The notes beneath the pieces are model-generated. The model was not told the DNA's origin and ran no database searches. It saw nothing but the letters and a program-made list of their open reading frames with translations. A program made the position numbers and the translations under genes. DNA of 63,930 nt, counting the filler, from an uncultured bacterium (GTDB taxonomy: Bacteria; Auribacterota; CAZIXI01), in assembly GCA_964543115.1 (NCBI GenBank). It is 8 parts of 8 records of this genome, joined end to end, with 100 filler letters (N's around TTAATTAATTAA, not from the genome) between each part and the next. Parts side by side here need not be neighbours in the genome. Positions count along the whole stretch, not along the records: positions 32,338 to 40,265 come from CAZIXI010000163.1; positions 40,366 to 48,274 come from CAZIXI010000164.1; 6 more parts are not named here. One strand, written 5' to 3'. Position 1 is the stretch's first letter, and each line of letters starts with the position of its first letter. Shown here piece by piece: positions 37,948-48,374 of the stretch.

Positions 37948-39266
37948 TTCGCACCTCCAAACCGGCGGCTGAGAATGAAATTGGTCAGCAGGAAACACAC
38001 CCCTAAGAAAATAAAGATCAGCCCCCTGGTAACAAAACTTATCCGCCAGTCAAAAAACCTGCCCAGGATCAGGCACATCAGAAACAGCATCCCTAAATTA
38101 ACCCTAGCCAGCCGGCCCCGGCGGATACCGGAAATCATTGTCGCTACACTTAAGACAAAAAGATAAATATTAAAGACAATTGCGGGCAGCACCATGCCGG
38201 TACCGCCTTTAGAGAGGAAATAGCTGAAAACGGCGACAAACAAGACCGAACCGTAGATTGTCTGCAATACTTCCCTCCGGCGGGCAACAGCCACAATAAG
38301 CATAACCGCTGCGGCAATCAATACCCCTGTGTAAAGATAATCAGCAACACTGGCCAGGGCCGAGTAATGATATTCATAATAATAATAGCGGCTGCTAAAC
38401 ATCCACATCCCCCGGTACGTTAGTTGAAACGAAAGAATGAAGATTCCCAAAACACCGAGCGTAGCAAGCGGTTTTTGCCAGATATTATCCGCCTGGGAAA
38501 ACCGGTAATTCCCCAGAAGATACATAACGGCAAATAAAGCACTAAAGGTAATTAGCCAAAATCCCGGTATCAGATTTAGCGGCACGATTACAGAAGCAAG
38601 AATCAGGCAGATGCCTGCAACCCATAACAACACACTGGCCCGGGCTCCATATCTGTTTTCCCTGACCAACATAATAATATACGGCACAATCAGCGCCAGC
38701 AGCGGCCAGTACAACAAGGTACAGCCCGTCTCCGACCTGATATCCCCGGCCCAGGCAGTTATGCCAATAAGATAGAGAATAGCCGGAAACGCCGCTCCCA
38801 TAAAATAGATCACCGGCAAACTCAAGAGCATCCAGGTCAGGAGAAAGCCGGATAGGCTTCCGGAAATATGGTAGGTCTGACTGATTAAAGAGAGAGCTGC
38901 CCCGACGGCCAGCAGAAGAAATGTGCCCGCCCCTTCCCTGCCGGCCAGTGAGGGTTTTTCCCTAAGAAGCAACCGGCCACAAAGCAGCTGGGCAACAACT
39001 AGAGGCGTCAGAGAAATTATCGTCCGGGTAAAGCGGGAAAGGTTTTCCCAATTGTGCGCCAGGAGCAGGATAATGCCCGCACCAATTAAAAAGGCACCCA
39101 GGATACTAAAAACAACCAGCGCCACGCTGCGTTTCCCCTCGGCCGCCGCTTCCGGTACCGGACCGTAATACCCTCTTATTCTTTCTGCCGTATCATCGGA
39201 GATCACGCCTTTCTGCACCAATAACGGCAGTTCACGATACAGGCATTGCAAAAACCATCTAGACAT
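37944..39266 (-). CDS. DUF2157-family membrane protein
   Basis: LGAFLIGAGIILLLAHNWENL, ISQTYHISG; GGAGG RBS before ATG 39266; usual partner of GDYXXLXY. Confidence 0.85.
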   Translation of the reverse strand: MSRWFLQCLYRELPLLVQKGVISDDTAERIRGYYGPVPEAAAEGKRSVALVVFSILGAFLIGAGIILLLAHNWENLSRFTRTIISLTPLVVAQLLCGRLLLREKPSLAGREGAGTFLLLAVGAALSLISQTYHISGSLSGFLLTWMLLSLPVIYFMGAAFPAILYLIGITAWAGDIRSETGCTLLYWPLLALIVPYIIMLVRENRYGARASVLLWVAGICLILASVIVPLNLIPGFWLITFSALFAVMYLLGNYRFSQADNIWQKPLATLGVLGIFILSFQLTYRGMWMFSSRYYYYEYHYSALASVADYLYTGVLIAAAVMLIVAVARRREVLQTIYGSVLFVAVFSYFLSKGGTGMVLPAIVFNIYLFVLSVATMISGIRRGRLARVNLGMLFLMCLILGRFFDWRISFVTRGLIFIFLGVCFLLTNFILSRRFGGAK

Positions 39267-39297
39267 TTCCCGCCTCCTGTCTATGTTTATTAGAACT

Positions 39298-40265
39298 TTA
39301 CTCTCCGCTCCCGACAGTGCAGTGGGCCCAAACATCACCATACATTGCCTCTTCTACCACTATCCCGGCAGTGCTGGAAACAAATCTCACCGCAACATTA
39401 GTATCTGCCAGATCACTGATATCGTTGGTTTTTAAAGTATAGCGGCTGGTTGCCGGAAGCGTCAATGTTTGCTCCACCGTAGTGGCGTCAGGCTTCATAT
39501 ACGTGGCCGTTACGGTAACGGAACTGCTGTTCGGATTTAAAAGAAGCAGGTATTCGGTAAAACCAGTATTTGTCGATCCTTCAGGGAGATACCAGCTGGG
39601 CGCTGCTGCTGCCGCTCCAATACTAGTAGTACCCCAATCACTGCCCAAGATCGTCCGTTCAGCTGCTATTGTCTGGGTGGCTTCCACCTTAACGGATACA
39701 TTACTATCGGCAACAGCAGAAATATCGTTTACCTTAATGGTAGTTCTACTTGTTACCGGCAGTGTTACTATTTCCTGCACCGTACTGCCGTCATCTTTCA
39801 TAAAGGTCATTGTTACCGTAGCCGCTTCATCGTTGGGATTGAATAAGAGTAAATATTCCGTAAAACCGGTCTTGGTACATCCTTCGGCAAAAAACCAAGT
39901 AGTAGAGAGAGTGCTGGTACCTCCGCTGCAGGTGCCGGCGGTCCAGGCAAGATTTTCTGCAGGAACGTCTCCGGCACGATCAGCACTGCTTTCTGTCCAA
40001 TAAAGTGATCGTTCCACCGCCAGAGGTACATCATTAGTAGATTCTACTTTTGCCGCCAGGCCGCTGACATTGTTGAGATCAGCGGAAAGAGCGTTAACAT
40101 TACAGGTATACCTGCCGGTGGCCGGCACATTAATATCGGCTACCTGTACCGTTGTACCGTCCTCTTTATAAAAAGTCACGGTGGCGGTTGCCATTGCATC
40201 ACCTGGATTAACCATCAAAATATACTCGTCAAAGCCATTGGTTGATCCTTCTGCTAGGTACCAGG
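39298..40265 (-). CDS. Surface protein with ~100-aa WY/FxAEG repeats (DUF5719-like), 5' incomplete
   Basis: WYLAEGSTNGFDEYILMVNP, WFFAEGCTKTGFTEYLLLFNP, WYLPEGSTNTGFTEYLLLLNP. Confidence 0.7.
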
Positions 40266-40365
40266 NNNNNNNNNNNNNNNNNNNNNNNNNNNNNNNNNNN
40301 NNNNNNNNNTTAATTAATTAANNNNNNNNNNNNNNNNNNNNNNNNNNNNNNNNNNNNNNNNNNNN
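40266..40365. other. Artificial scaffold linker
   Basis: N-TTAATTAATTAA-N, 100 nt. Confidence 0.98.
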
Positions 40366-40366
40366 C

Positions 40367-40987
40367 GATGTTGTTCTCAGCCTTGGTGATGGTTTGCGTC
40401 CGGGTTGTCTGGCTGATGCCAGTGATAAGGCGCAATTCCAGGAACTGGAGATCCTGGGCAAGTTAGCCAAACGGGCTTTTGACAAAGGGGTGCAGGTAAT
40501 GATTGAAGGACCCGGTCATGTGCCTTTGGATCAAGTCAGGAAGAATGTAAATTTAGAGAAACACCTTTGTCATGGAGCGCCGTTTTATGTGCTTGGTCCG
40601 GTAGTAACAGATATTGCTCCGGGTTACGATCACCTGACCGCGGCGATTGGCGGGGCTTTAGCAGCTGGAGAAGGAGCGGACTTTTTGTGTTATGTTACCC
40701 CGGCGGAACATTTGCGGCTGCCTACCGTAGAAGATGTTAAAGAGGGATTAGTTGCTACCAGGATTGCTGCTCATGCCGGGGATATTGTAAAGGGAGTTCC
40801 CGGGGCCAGGGACCGTGACCTGAATATTTCCAAGGCTCGGGCCAAACGTGATTGGCACCGTCATCTGGAATTGGCGCTTGACCCGCACAAAGCAAAAATT
40901 ATGCATGAATCGCGCAAACCACAGCCGGATGATGTTTGTACCATGTGCGGTGAATACTGTTCCCTTAAAGTCATGGAAGATACCTGA
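40367..40987 (+). CDS. thiC: ThiC-family radical SAM enzyme, C-terminal half
   Basis: [43 protein letters not shown]. Confidence 0.88.
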   Translation, partial: DVVLSLGDGLRPGCLADASDKAQFQELEILGKLAKRAFDKGVQVMIEGPGHVPLDQVRKNVNLEKHLCHGAPFYVLGPVVTDIAPGYDHLTAAIGGALAAGEGADFLCYVTPAEHLRLPTVEDVKEGLVATRIAAHAGDIVKGVPGARDRDLNISKARAKRDWHRHLELALDPHKAKIMHESRKPQPDDVCTMCGEYCSLKVMEDT

Positions 40988-41041
40988 AATCTCTTATGTC
41001 ACCATACTGACATTGTCATTAAGGTGACATAAGGGGATCAG

Positions 41042-41112
41042 GCGGGTGTAGCTCAATGGCAGAGCGCTAGCCTCCCACGCTTGAGACGAGGGTTCGATTC
41101 CCTTCACCCGCT
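41042..41112 (+). tRNA. tRNA-Gly(CCC), CCA not encoded
   Basis: Acceptor GCGGGTG/CACCCGC, D arm GCTC/GAGC, anticodon loop CTCCCAC, T arm GAGGG-TTCGATT-CCCTT. Confidence 0.88.
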
Positions 41113-41140
41113 TTAGTAATTGAAAATTAACAATTAATAT

Positions 41141-41632
41141 ATGAAAATCGGGATAATTTCAGACACACATATTCCAAAAAATACCGACCGGATCCCGGGG
41201 GAGGTATTCAAGATCTTTCAGGGAGTTGATCTTATTCTGCATGCCGGTGATCTGACGGATTTGAGTGTGCTGGATGATTTAAGGCAGATAACGCCCAGGG
41301 TTGAGGCGGTTCTGGGTAATATGGATCCTGTAGAAAATCGTGCGCAGTTACCGGTAAAGAAGATTGTCAATGCCGATGGTGTTAGGATAGCGTTAATACA
41401 TGGTTCAGGTCCGCCGTTGGGTTTAAAAAAACGTATCTGGCAACAGGTACAGGCGGATAAACCACAGGTAGTAGTTTTTGGGCATTCTCATCAACCGGAA
41501 AAAGATGTAATTAACGATGTGCTCTTCCTCAATCCCGGCAGCGCCACGGATAAGTTCTTTGTTTCCGTGAATGCGGTGGCTATTTTAAAAATGGAAGAAG
41601 GTAAAATAGATGCGGAGATTGTAACGTTATGA
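41141..41632 (+). CDS. YfcE-family metallophosphoesterase
   Basis: ISDTH, HAGD, GNMD, FGHSH, NPGS. Confidence 0.9.
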   Translation: MKIGIISDTHIPKNTDRIPGEVFKIFQGVDLILHAGDLTDLSVLDDLRQITPRVEAVLGNMDPVENRAQLPVKKIVNADGVRIALIHGSGPPLGLKKRIWQQVQADKPQVVVFGHSHQPEKDVINDVLFLNPGSATDKFFVSVNAVAILKMEEGKIDAEIVTL

Positions 41633-42114
41633 AAAGAATGTGGACGCCGTGGAGGATGGAGTATATTATGAATGTCGAGAAAGGCGGTTGTATATTTTGC
41701 CGGAAAGAGAAATGGGCTGATGCCAAGGCCCAGATAATCAGTCGTAAATCCACCTGTTTTTCTATTCTTAACAAGTATCCTTATACTAATGGCCATACAA
41801 TGGTTGCGCCCAAACGCCATGTCTCGCGCCTGGACCGGCTGCGGAAAAAGGAGCTGACAGAATTGATCATGCTGGTGGCGGAAACGCAAAAATTATTACA
41901 GAAAAAGATGAAGCCGCATGGATTCAATATCGGCCTGAATCTGGGCCGTTCAGCCGGGGCCGGGATCGCCGGGCACCTCCATTTTCATATTGTTCCCCGC
42001 TGGGATGGGGATACTAATTTTATGCCGGTATTTACCGATACCAGGTTGATCCCGCAGTCACTTGAAGATACTTACCGGCTGCTAACGGGCAGATCCAAAA
42101 AAAGAGCAAAATGA
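41629..42114 (+). CDS. HIT-family nucleotide hydrolase/phosphorylase
   Basis: NKYPYTNGH, GFNIGLNLG, HLHFHIVPRW. Confidence 0.92.
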   Translation: MKRMWTPWRMEYIMNVEKGGCIFCRKEKWADAKAQIISRKSTCFSILNKYPYTNGHTMVAPKRHVSRLDRLRKKELTELIMLVAETQKLLQKKMKPHGFNIGLNLGRSAGAGIAGHLHFHIVPRWDGDTNFMPVFTDTRLIPQSLEDTYRLLTGRSKKRAK

Positions 42115-43229
42115 ACAATAATTCCCGCCTGCTCGATACTTTTCTCTCCCTCGTTAAAATAGATGGAATCTCCAGACTGGAACGTCAGGTTGCAGATTAT
42201 CTGATTAGTTATTTTCAGAAACTGGGGATTGCCGTGACTGAGGACAGTACTGCCGGAAAAATAGACGGCAATGCCGGTAATCTTTACCTTAAATTACCTG
42301 GCAATATTTCCAGTAAGCCGCTGCTTTTTCTTGCTCATATGGATACGATTACTTCCACTGCTGATCTAAAAACAGTTTTAACTGCCGACCGGGTGCGCAG
42401 TGATGGACAGACAATCCTGGGGGCGGATAATCGTGCCGGTATTTGTCTTATGTGTGAATTAGTTCGTTATTTAATAAAGAACAATATTGGGCACGGGCCA
42501 ATAGAAATGATATTTAGCGTTGCGGAGGAGATCGGACTTTACGGAATAAAAAATTTTGGTTTTTCCAAAATTGAAAGTAAATCTGCTTTTGTTTTGGACG
42601 CCTGTGACAGAACAGGCATTATTGTTACCAGGGCACCGGGCAGGGACAATATTGCGGTTAATGTTCAGGGGAAGTCCGCTCATGCCGGTGCTGATCCGGA
42701 AAAAGGTGTTAATGCCATCGCTATTGCCGCCCGGGCAATAAGTACTATTAAGCAGGGAAGGATTGATAGTGAAACCACCCTGAATATAGGTAAAATCCGT
42801 GGGGGACAGGCCACGAATATTGTTCCTGAACATGTTGCCTTAGAAGGTGAGATCCGCAGTTTTAATAAAACTAAACTTAACCGGCAGCGGGAAAAAATAA
42901 ATCAGAAGTTTCAACGGGCAGCCGGTGAGTTTGGCGGTAAGGCAGACATTCAGCATGAACTTTCTTTTGAGACCTATAATCTGCGTAAGAATGCCCAGCC
43001 GGTGGTGCTTTCTGTAGAGGCCGCGGAAACAATCAGGCTTGACTATAAAATCACTCAATCCGGCGGTGGTAGTGACGCCAATGTGCTTAATAAGCAAGGG
43101 ATTGCCAGTGTGGGCCTGGGTGTTGGCGCGGGTAATGCCCATAGTACAGAAGAATACCTTTCTCTCCCCGATTTCTATCAGGCCTTTGATTGGCTGCTGC
43201 AAATTGTTAACCTTGCCAAAAAAACTTAA
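42111..43229 (+). CDS. M20/M25/M40 metallopeptidase (peptidase T-like)
   Basis: AHMDT, GADNRAG, AEEIGL, SGGGSDAN, HSTEE. Confidence 0.9.
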   Translation: MNNNSRLLDTFLSLVKIDGISRLERQVADYLISYFQKLGIAVTEDSTAGKIDGNAGNLYLKLPGNISSKPLLFLAHMDTITSTADLKTVLTADRVRSDGQTILGADNRAGICLMCELVRYLIKNNIGHGPIEMIFSVAEEIGLYGIKNFGFSKIESKSAFVLDACDRTGIIVTRAPGRDNIAVNVQGKSAHAGADPEKGVNAIAIAARAISTIKQGRIDSETTLNIGKIRGGQATNIVPEHVALEGEIRSFNKTKLNRQREKINQKFQRAAGEFGGKADIQHELSFETYNLRKNAQPVVLSVEAAETIRLDYKITQSGGGSDANVLNKQGIASVGLGVGAGNAHSTEEYLSLPDFYQAFDWLLQIVNLAKKT

Positions 43230-43411
43230 TTTCCGTTGTTTTTGTCAATACCATTCCTGAGATAACCTTAATCTGCTCGTGTGTGTTGCATACCTTTTTT
43301 TCCTATAAATAGGAAGATAGTTCAACATTTGAGCAATAAATATTACATAAATATTGTTAATCACTGCAATAAACAGCATGTACCGCAAGCACTTAACTGT
43401 TTTGGTCCTTT

Positions 43412-43427
43412 TGGCATACTCTTTGCT
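43412..43427 (+). promoter_or_regulatory. Putative sigma54 (-24/-12) promoter
   Basis: TGGCATACTCTTTGCT has exact GG-N10-GC spacing, 27 nt before an AGGAGG-led ORF. Confidence 0.6.
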
Positions 43428-43454
43428 CTCTAGTAGGGTAACAGGAGGTAAATT

Positions 43455-44528
43455 ATGAGAAAAAAACTACTCTTTATTTCGATTTCAGCGGTGATTTTTT
43501 TGCTTCCTTTGTTATCTCAAGCGCAGGAGGTAATTGAATTGATTTCTTATTATCCGGCACCCTATGGGGCGTATAAATCGATGCTAGTGACGGGCGGAGA
43601 TAATGGTGATGGAATATTGACTTTGGCAGCGGATAATGATGATGATAATGAAAATGATAATCCGGAATTAGTCCTTCAACAAGATGGCGGAACAGTTAAC
43701 GCCTTTATAATGTTGGAGGGTGATGCCGGCACTCGGACACCGAGTTCATTGGCAAATGCTTTATTGATCGGAAGTGAGAATAATGTTTCTTCAGTTCAGT
43801 TCCTGACAGCTGATATTGTGCAAATGACTATTACATCTGCCGGTAAAGTTGGTCTGGGTACAAATAGTCCAACAGCTAAACTTGAGGTGGCTGGAGGTAT
43901 GGGTACGGGGGCAAGGATTCAGGGGGATATGCATGCGCTTGAGTGTACTTCCTCTATCGGTAATGGTGCGGCTATTCTGATTAATGGAGGAAGGGGAGGA
44001 ATAGAGATTAAAGATTCAATGAGTTATGGTATTAAGATTGATACAGGCTATATGGGAGCAAATGGCGTTCAAGCAAAATCTCAGTGGAATGCTATTCATG
44101 CGGAGACGACAGCTGCTGATGGTGAGTGGGCGGGATATTTTAATGGACATGTTAAGATAACAGATTATACGGAGCTTGATGGCACCCATCATCCCGGTGG
44201 GGATTTAGAAATTTCTGGTAATGGATCGGTTGCTGGAGATATGGCTATTATGGGGAATCAAACAGTTATTGGTGATGTGCAAATCAATGGTGATGAACAG
44301 ATAGGAAATAACTTATTGGTCAATAAAAAGGCAACAGTAAATAAAGATTTAGAAGTTAAGGGTCGGGCGGATTTAGCGATTCCCAATATTCCGGTATTCT
44401 GGAGTAATTCCCAGCGCGATAGTGCAATGACCAATCCAAAAGAGGGTGATCTTATTTGGAATAGAACGGTAAATGGCGGTTCGGGTGGTATCCAGGTGTA
44501 TATCAGTGATGATTGGCGCGATTGTTAA
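43455..44528 (+). CDS. Exported fibre/adhesin-like protein
   Basis: Signal peptide; ISYYPAPYG; GKVGLGTNSPTAKLEV; 6-residue Gly/Val beta repeats; C-terminal QRD...NPKEGDLIWN...IQVY...W. Confidence 0.65.
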   Translation: MRKKLLFISISAVIFLLPLLSQAQEVIELISYYPAPYGAYKSMLVTGGDNGDGILTLAADNDDDNENDNPELVLQQDGGTVNAFIMLEGDAGTRTPSSLANALLIGSENNVSSVQFLTADIVQMTITSAGKVGLGTNSPTAKLEVAGGMGTGARIQGDMHALECTSSIGNGAAILINGGRGGIEIKDSMSYGIKIDTGYMGANGVQAKSQWNAIHAETTAADGEWAGYFNGHVKITDYTELDGTHHPGGDLEISGNGSVAGDMAIMGNQTVIGDVQINGDEQIGNNLLVNKKATVNKDLEVKGRADLAIPNIPVFWSNSQRDSAMTNPKEGDLIWNRTVNGGSGGIQVYISDDWRDC

Positions 44529-44543
44529 CAGGAATGGTGAACA

Positions 44544-44930
44544 ATGAAAAATGATGGTTTTACTTTATTAGAGGTTATTGTGGCCATGCTGATCCTGGGG
44601 ATTGTTATTGCCGGATCATTTTCACTGCTGCATTCTAATCAGCGCCTGTTAAAAGAGGCAAAACAACGGCTGCAGGCGGTGAATCAGGCGGGGGCGGTAA
44701 TGGAGAAACTGAGATTGTATGTGAACGAAGCACCGGTTTATCCGGAACAACAGGTTGGAAGCGCTTTAAGTATTGGATCTGACGGTCATAGTCCCGCAGA
44801 AATAGGTTTAGCTGAAATTCCGTTATTGGAAATGACGGAATCAGGGACCTGGAACTATCTAGTAGAAGAAGTCCCGGGAACTAATGGCGAGTGCAAAAGG
44901 GTAAAAGTGTCTGTTAATTGGGAGGCCTGA
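44544..44930 (+). CDS. Type IV minor pilin/pseudopilin (PilV-like)
   Basis: GFTLLEVIVAMLIL class III signal. Confidence 0.9.
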   Translation: MKNDGFTLLEVIVAMLILGIVIAGSFSLLHSNQRLLKEAKQRLQAVNQAGAVMEKLRLYVNEAPVYPEQQVGSALSIGSDGHSPAEIGLAEIPLLEMTESGTWNYLVEEVPGTNGECKRVKVSVNWEA

Positions 44931-45463
44931 TGAAAGGAAATAGCGGAGTGACCATACTGGAGTTGGTTGTGGCGGGAGCGGTGACCACCGTGTTTATCTT
45001 TTTTCTCAGCGGTGTCTATTTCAGCGCCCTAAACTTGAGTATGGAAGTTCAAGCCGGTTCTCACGCTGATCGCAATGCCCAGGTTGTGTTAATGCATATG
45101 CAGAAGCATGTAATCTTGGCAGCTTCACATTTCAAGATCTCCAAAACCGCGGATACCAGAAGGGTAGCCTTTATGACCTATAATGGTTATGATTTTGCCA
45201 GCGGTCCCACAAGAAAGAATGAATATGTCTTTGATAATAATGAACAGCAGTTGACTTATTTGCTAGATGATGTGCCGCAAGATGTTTTTAACCATGTTGG
45301 ACATTGTTATTTTCAGACTTCTGTTAATGATGGAACGGTCCTGCAGGTGCAGGTTGTTGCCCTGGATGATAATGGCGGCCCGTCTGGTGAATTAGGTGCT
45401 TATATTCAGGCGGGTTTAACCGCATCGCCCAGTGTTTACACAGTACCCGAGGTGCAATTATGA
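44930..45463 (+). CDS. Type IV minor pilin/pseudopilin (PilW-like)
   Basis: GVTILELVVAG class III signal. Confidence 0.8.
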   Translation: MKGNSGVTILELVVAGAVTTVFIFFLSGVYFSALNLSMEVQAGSHADRNAQVVLMHMQKHVILAASHFKISKTADTRRVAFMTYNGYDFASGPTRKNEYVFDNNEQQLTYLLDDVPQDVFNHVGHCYFQTSVNDGTVLQVQVVALDDNGGPSGELGAYIQAGLTASPSVYTVPEVQL

Positions 45464-45822
45464 GAAGTTCTTCAATAAACTTTAAAGATTCTTCCGGTGG
45501 CGCCTTGCTTTTTGCTATGGTGACAGCTTTTCTTGTTTCCATGCTGGCCGGCACCCTGATCCTTTTTACTGCCAGTCAATATAAAATGGTTAATAGTGAG
45601 GTGCAGAGAAAGGAGTCCCTTTATTTGCTCCGGGCGGGGATGGAATTCGCTAATTATAAGCTGCGCTCAGGTGAGATGACCTTCCAGGAAGATGAAACGG
45701 AAAAGACAATTGTTCCCCCCTCTGATTTAATTGATAAAGACCCTAATTTAGAGATTAAGGTCATTAGGCTTGCCGCCGGCGAGATAAGTGATTATAAAAT
45801 CCAGGTAAATACTTCCTATTAG
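45460..45822 (+). CDS. PilX-like minor pilin
   Basis: GGALLFAMV N-terminus lacking Glu5, ESLYLLRAGMEFA; third gene of the cluster. Confidence 0.7.
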   Translation: MRSSSINFKDSSGGALLFAMVTAFLVSMLAGTLILFTASQYKMVNSEVQRKESLYLLRAGMEFANYKLRSGEMTFQEDETEKTIVPPSDLIDKDPNLEIKVIRLAAGEISDYKIQVNTSY

Positions 45823-45899
45823 TCTTCCTCTTCTTCCCATTCCCGCTTCCCAACCAGAAAACTAGTGATTTTTCTCCGATTTTTGGTAAAATATAGACT

Positions 45900-48274
45900 A
45901 TGCACCGAAGAATTCTTATTCAGAAGGCCGTCAATTTCCGCCGGCCGATAGTAATTGCCATTATAATCCTGGCTGTTTATTTCCTCGCCGATAGTGTCGG
46001 CCTGCTTACAGTTCCCCGCCTGAAGATCCAGGACCTGTTTGTCCGCCTTAAATGTAAACTGTCCGGGCCGCCCGCGTACACTGACCAGATTGTTATTGCC
46101 GCAATTGACGATGTTGAATATCAACTGCGGGGCAGTACCTGGCCCTGGGACAGATATGTTTTTGCTAATCTTATTTATAGTCTTGATGAAATGGAGCCTG
46201 CGGTTATTGGGATGACCCTTGGCTTTATTGGTAAACATCCCGGAGCACCGCAAAGTGATATTTTTCTTAAGGAAGCATTTGCTGATGCCGGTAATGTTAT
46301 CCTTGCTTCTTTCTTTGATAAAGACGGTAGATATATTGTGCCCTTTGAGCTGTTTAGCGGGGCTGCTCTTGGTTATGGTATTGCCAGTAAGCCACTGGAC
46401 AGGGATCTGGTTATTCGGAAAACTCAGGTCCTGGAAAGGGACAATATCAGTCTGGATATTATTGATTATTCATTTGATGTTAAAGTTATAAATGCCTTTT
46501 TGACGGGGGATCCTGATCTAACAACTGAAAAAGATGGCTGGCTTGGTTTAGGGAGTAAAGAAAAGCTGATCAAAGTTAAGGTGCCCAAGGATGGTGTTAT
46601 CCCGCTGAATTATTCTGTTCCGCTTTCCTCTCTCCGGGTGGTTCCTTTTCGCGAGATAATCAATAAGGAAATCGCCCCGGAGGTTATTAAGGACAAAATA
46701 TTATTAGTCGGGCCGACCGCGGATATTTTTTATAATATAGCCAATACCCCGTTAGGGAGAATGCCGGATGTAGGTGTGTTGGCAAACTCTATCTTAATGT
46801 TTCTTAACCTGGATTTTATTTACGAGATTCCTCCAATAGCCTGTAATATTCTGCTGATAGTTGCTGCCCTGTTGGTGAGTATGGGGATTTCCCGGACAAA
46901 AATAGGCCAGGGGGTCTTGCTGCTGCTGGCTGTATTAATACTTTTTATTGGTGTCAGTCTATTGCTGGTTCTCAAAAATATCTACTGGGATTTTTTTAGC
47001 ATCCCGCTAGTTGTACTGATTATTTATTTGACCAGCGGCGCTTCACATTATATTCAGTTGTTCATGCAGAGTCTGGTTATTCGAAGATTGGCGACTACCG
47101 ATACCTTGACCAGGCTGCCTACACGCCGGTATCTGATTTTTAAGCTGGAGAATGAGTTAAAAACAGCGACGGGGAAAACAAAATTATCTGCGGTTATCTT
47201 CAAGCTGGAAAACTACGAGCAGATACTTAATGAAACAAGCCCGGAAAAGGCGGATCAGATTGTTAAGAGCGTTGGCCGGTTGATTGCAAATCTTTCCCGC
47301 CGAACCAGGGGCATGGATTTTATTGCCCGCTACGGGGAAACGGAATTCTGCAGTTTGTTGCATCGTACTCCGGGTAAGGGCGCCGAGGCCTACGCGGAAA
47401 GGATCATTAAGACGATTACTAAAAAGATTACCGCTGTTTCAACCATAATTGTGCGTGCGGGGATCGCGGATATTAAAGATATTCCTTATAAATCAGCTAA
47501 GATATTTGTCCGTTGTGCCGAAACCGCCCTGGCCCGGGCGCAGAAAGAGGGGACGGTAAATAAATGCGTGTTTAAGCCGACTATTGATGCCCTGACCATT
47601 GAAGATTACATGAAAGGAAAGCAGATTTCCGAGGCTGATCTAACTTATGTGGCGGAGGAATTTGAGGCGAGGAATAAGGAGCTGGCCATTTTGCTTAACA
47701 GGATTCGCACCCTGAAGCAGGATGTGATCAGCAGTGAGCGCCTGTCGGCAACCGGTAAATTGGCGGCAATTATTCATCATGATTTAAATAAGCCGATAGT
47801 TAATCTTCGTCGCGGCCTGAAGATCCTAAAAGAGGATCTGCTGGTAGAAGAGGACGAAAAGAAGCTGACCATGGCCAAAAAATTTGTTGATTCTTCGATT
47901 AAGGAAACCGAGCGGCTGGAAAGCCTTACCTGGCAGTTAAAGGATCTCTACCGGCCGCGGGAGAAAGAAACCGGGGAGATAGCGGTGAATCCCCTTCTGG
48001 AAGAAATGTTAAACCTGTCGTTTGCCCAGATTACCAAGAGAGGGATTAAATTGCTGAAAAATTTGGCGGCAAATCTACCTCCGGTAATTGCTAATCCCGG
48101 TGACCTGAAGCAGGCGTTTCTGAATCTTATTATGAATGCTATTGAGGCGCTGGAAAAGGGCGGGGAGCTGGAAGTAAGAACAGCGATGAGCGGTAAAATG
48201 CTGGAAATAGATATCCGGGTTACCGGCTGTGGTATTCCGAAAGAAAATTTAGATAAGATATTCAAAGCATTTTT
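45900..48274 (+). CDS. CHASE2 - degenerate GGDEF - histidine kinase hybrid (3' incomplete)
   Basis: IVIAAIDD...WPWDR...NTPLGRMPDV (CHASE2), 3 TM, DTLTRLPTRR...RYGETEF, HHDLNKP, LKQAFLNLIMNA, TGCGIP. Confidence 0.82.
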
Positions 48275-48374
48275 NNNNNNNNNNNNNNNNNNNNNNNNNN
48301 NNNNNNNNNNNNNNNNNNTTAATTAATTAANNNNNNNNNNNNNNNNNNNNNNNNNNNNNNNNNNNNNNNNNNNN
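48275..48374. other. Artificial scaffold linker
   Basis: N-TTAATTAATTAA-N, 100 nt. Confidence 0.98.

Noticed and set aside
41042..41140. Prophage or island integration at tRNA-Gly
   Set aside because: No integrase or duplicated tRNA 3' end; the flanking genes are housekeeping-type
43455..44528. Prophage tail gene
   Set aside because: It has a Sec signal peptide, sits in a pilin operon, and no other phage genes are on the scaffold
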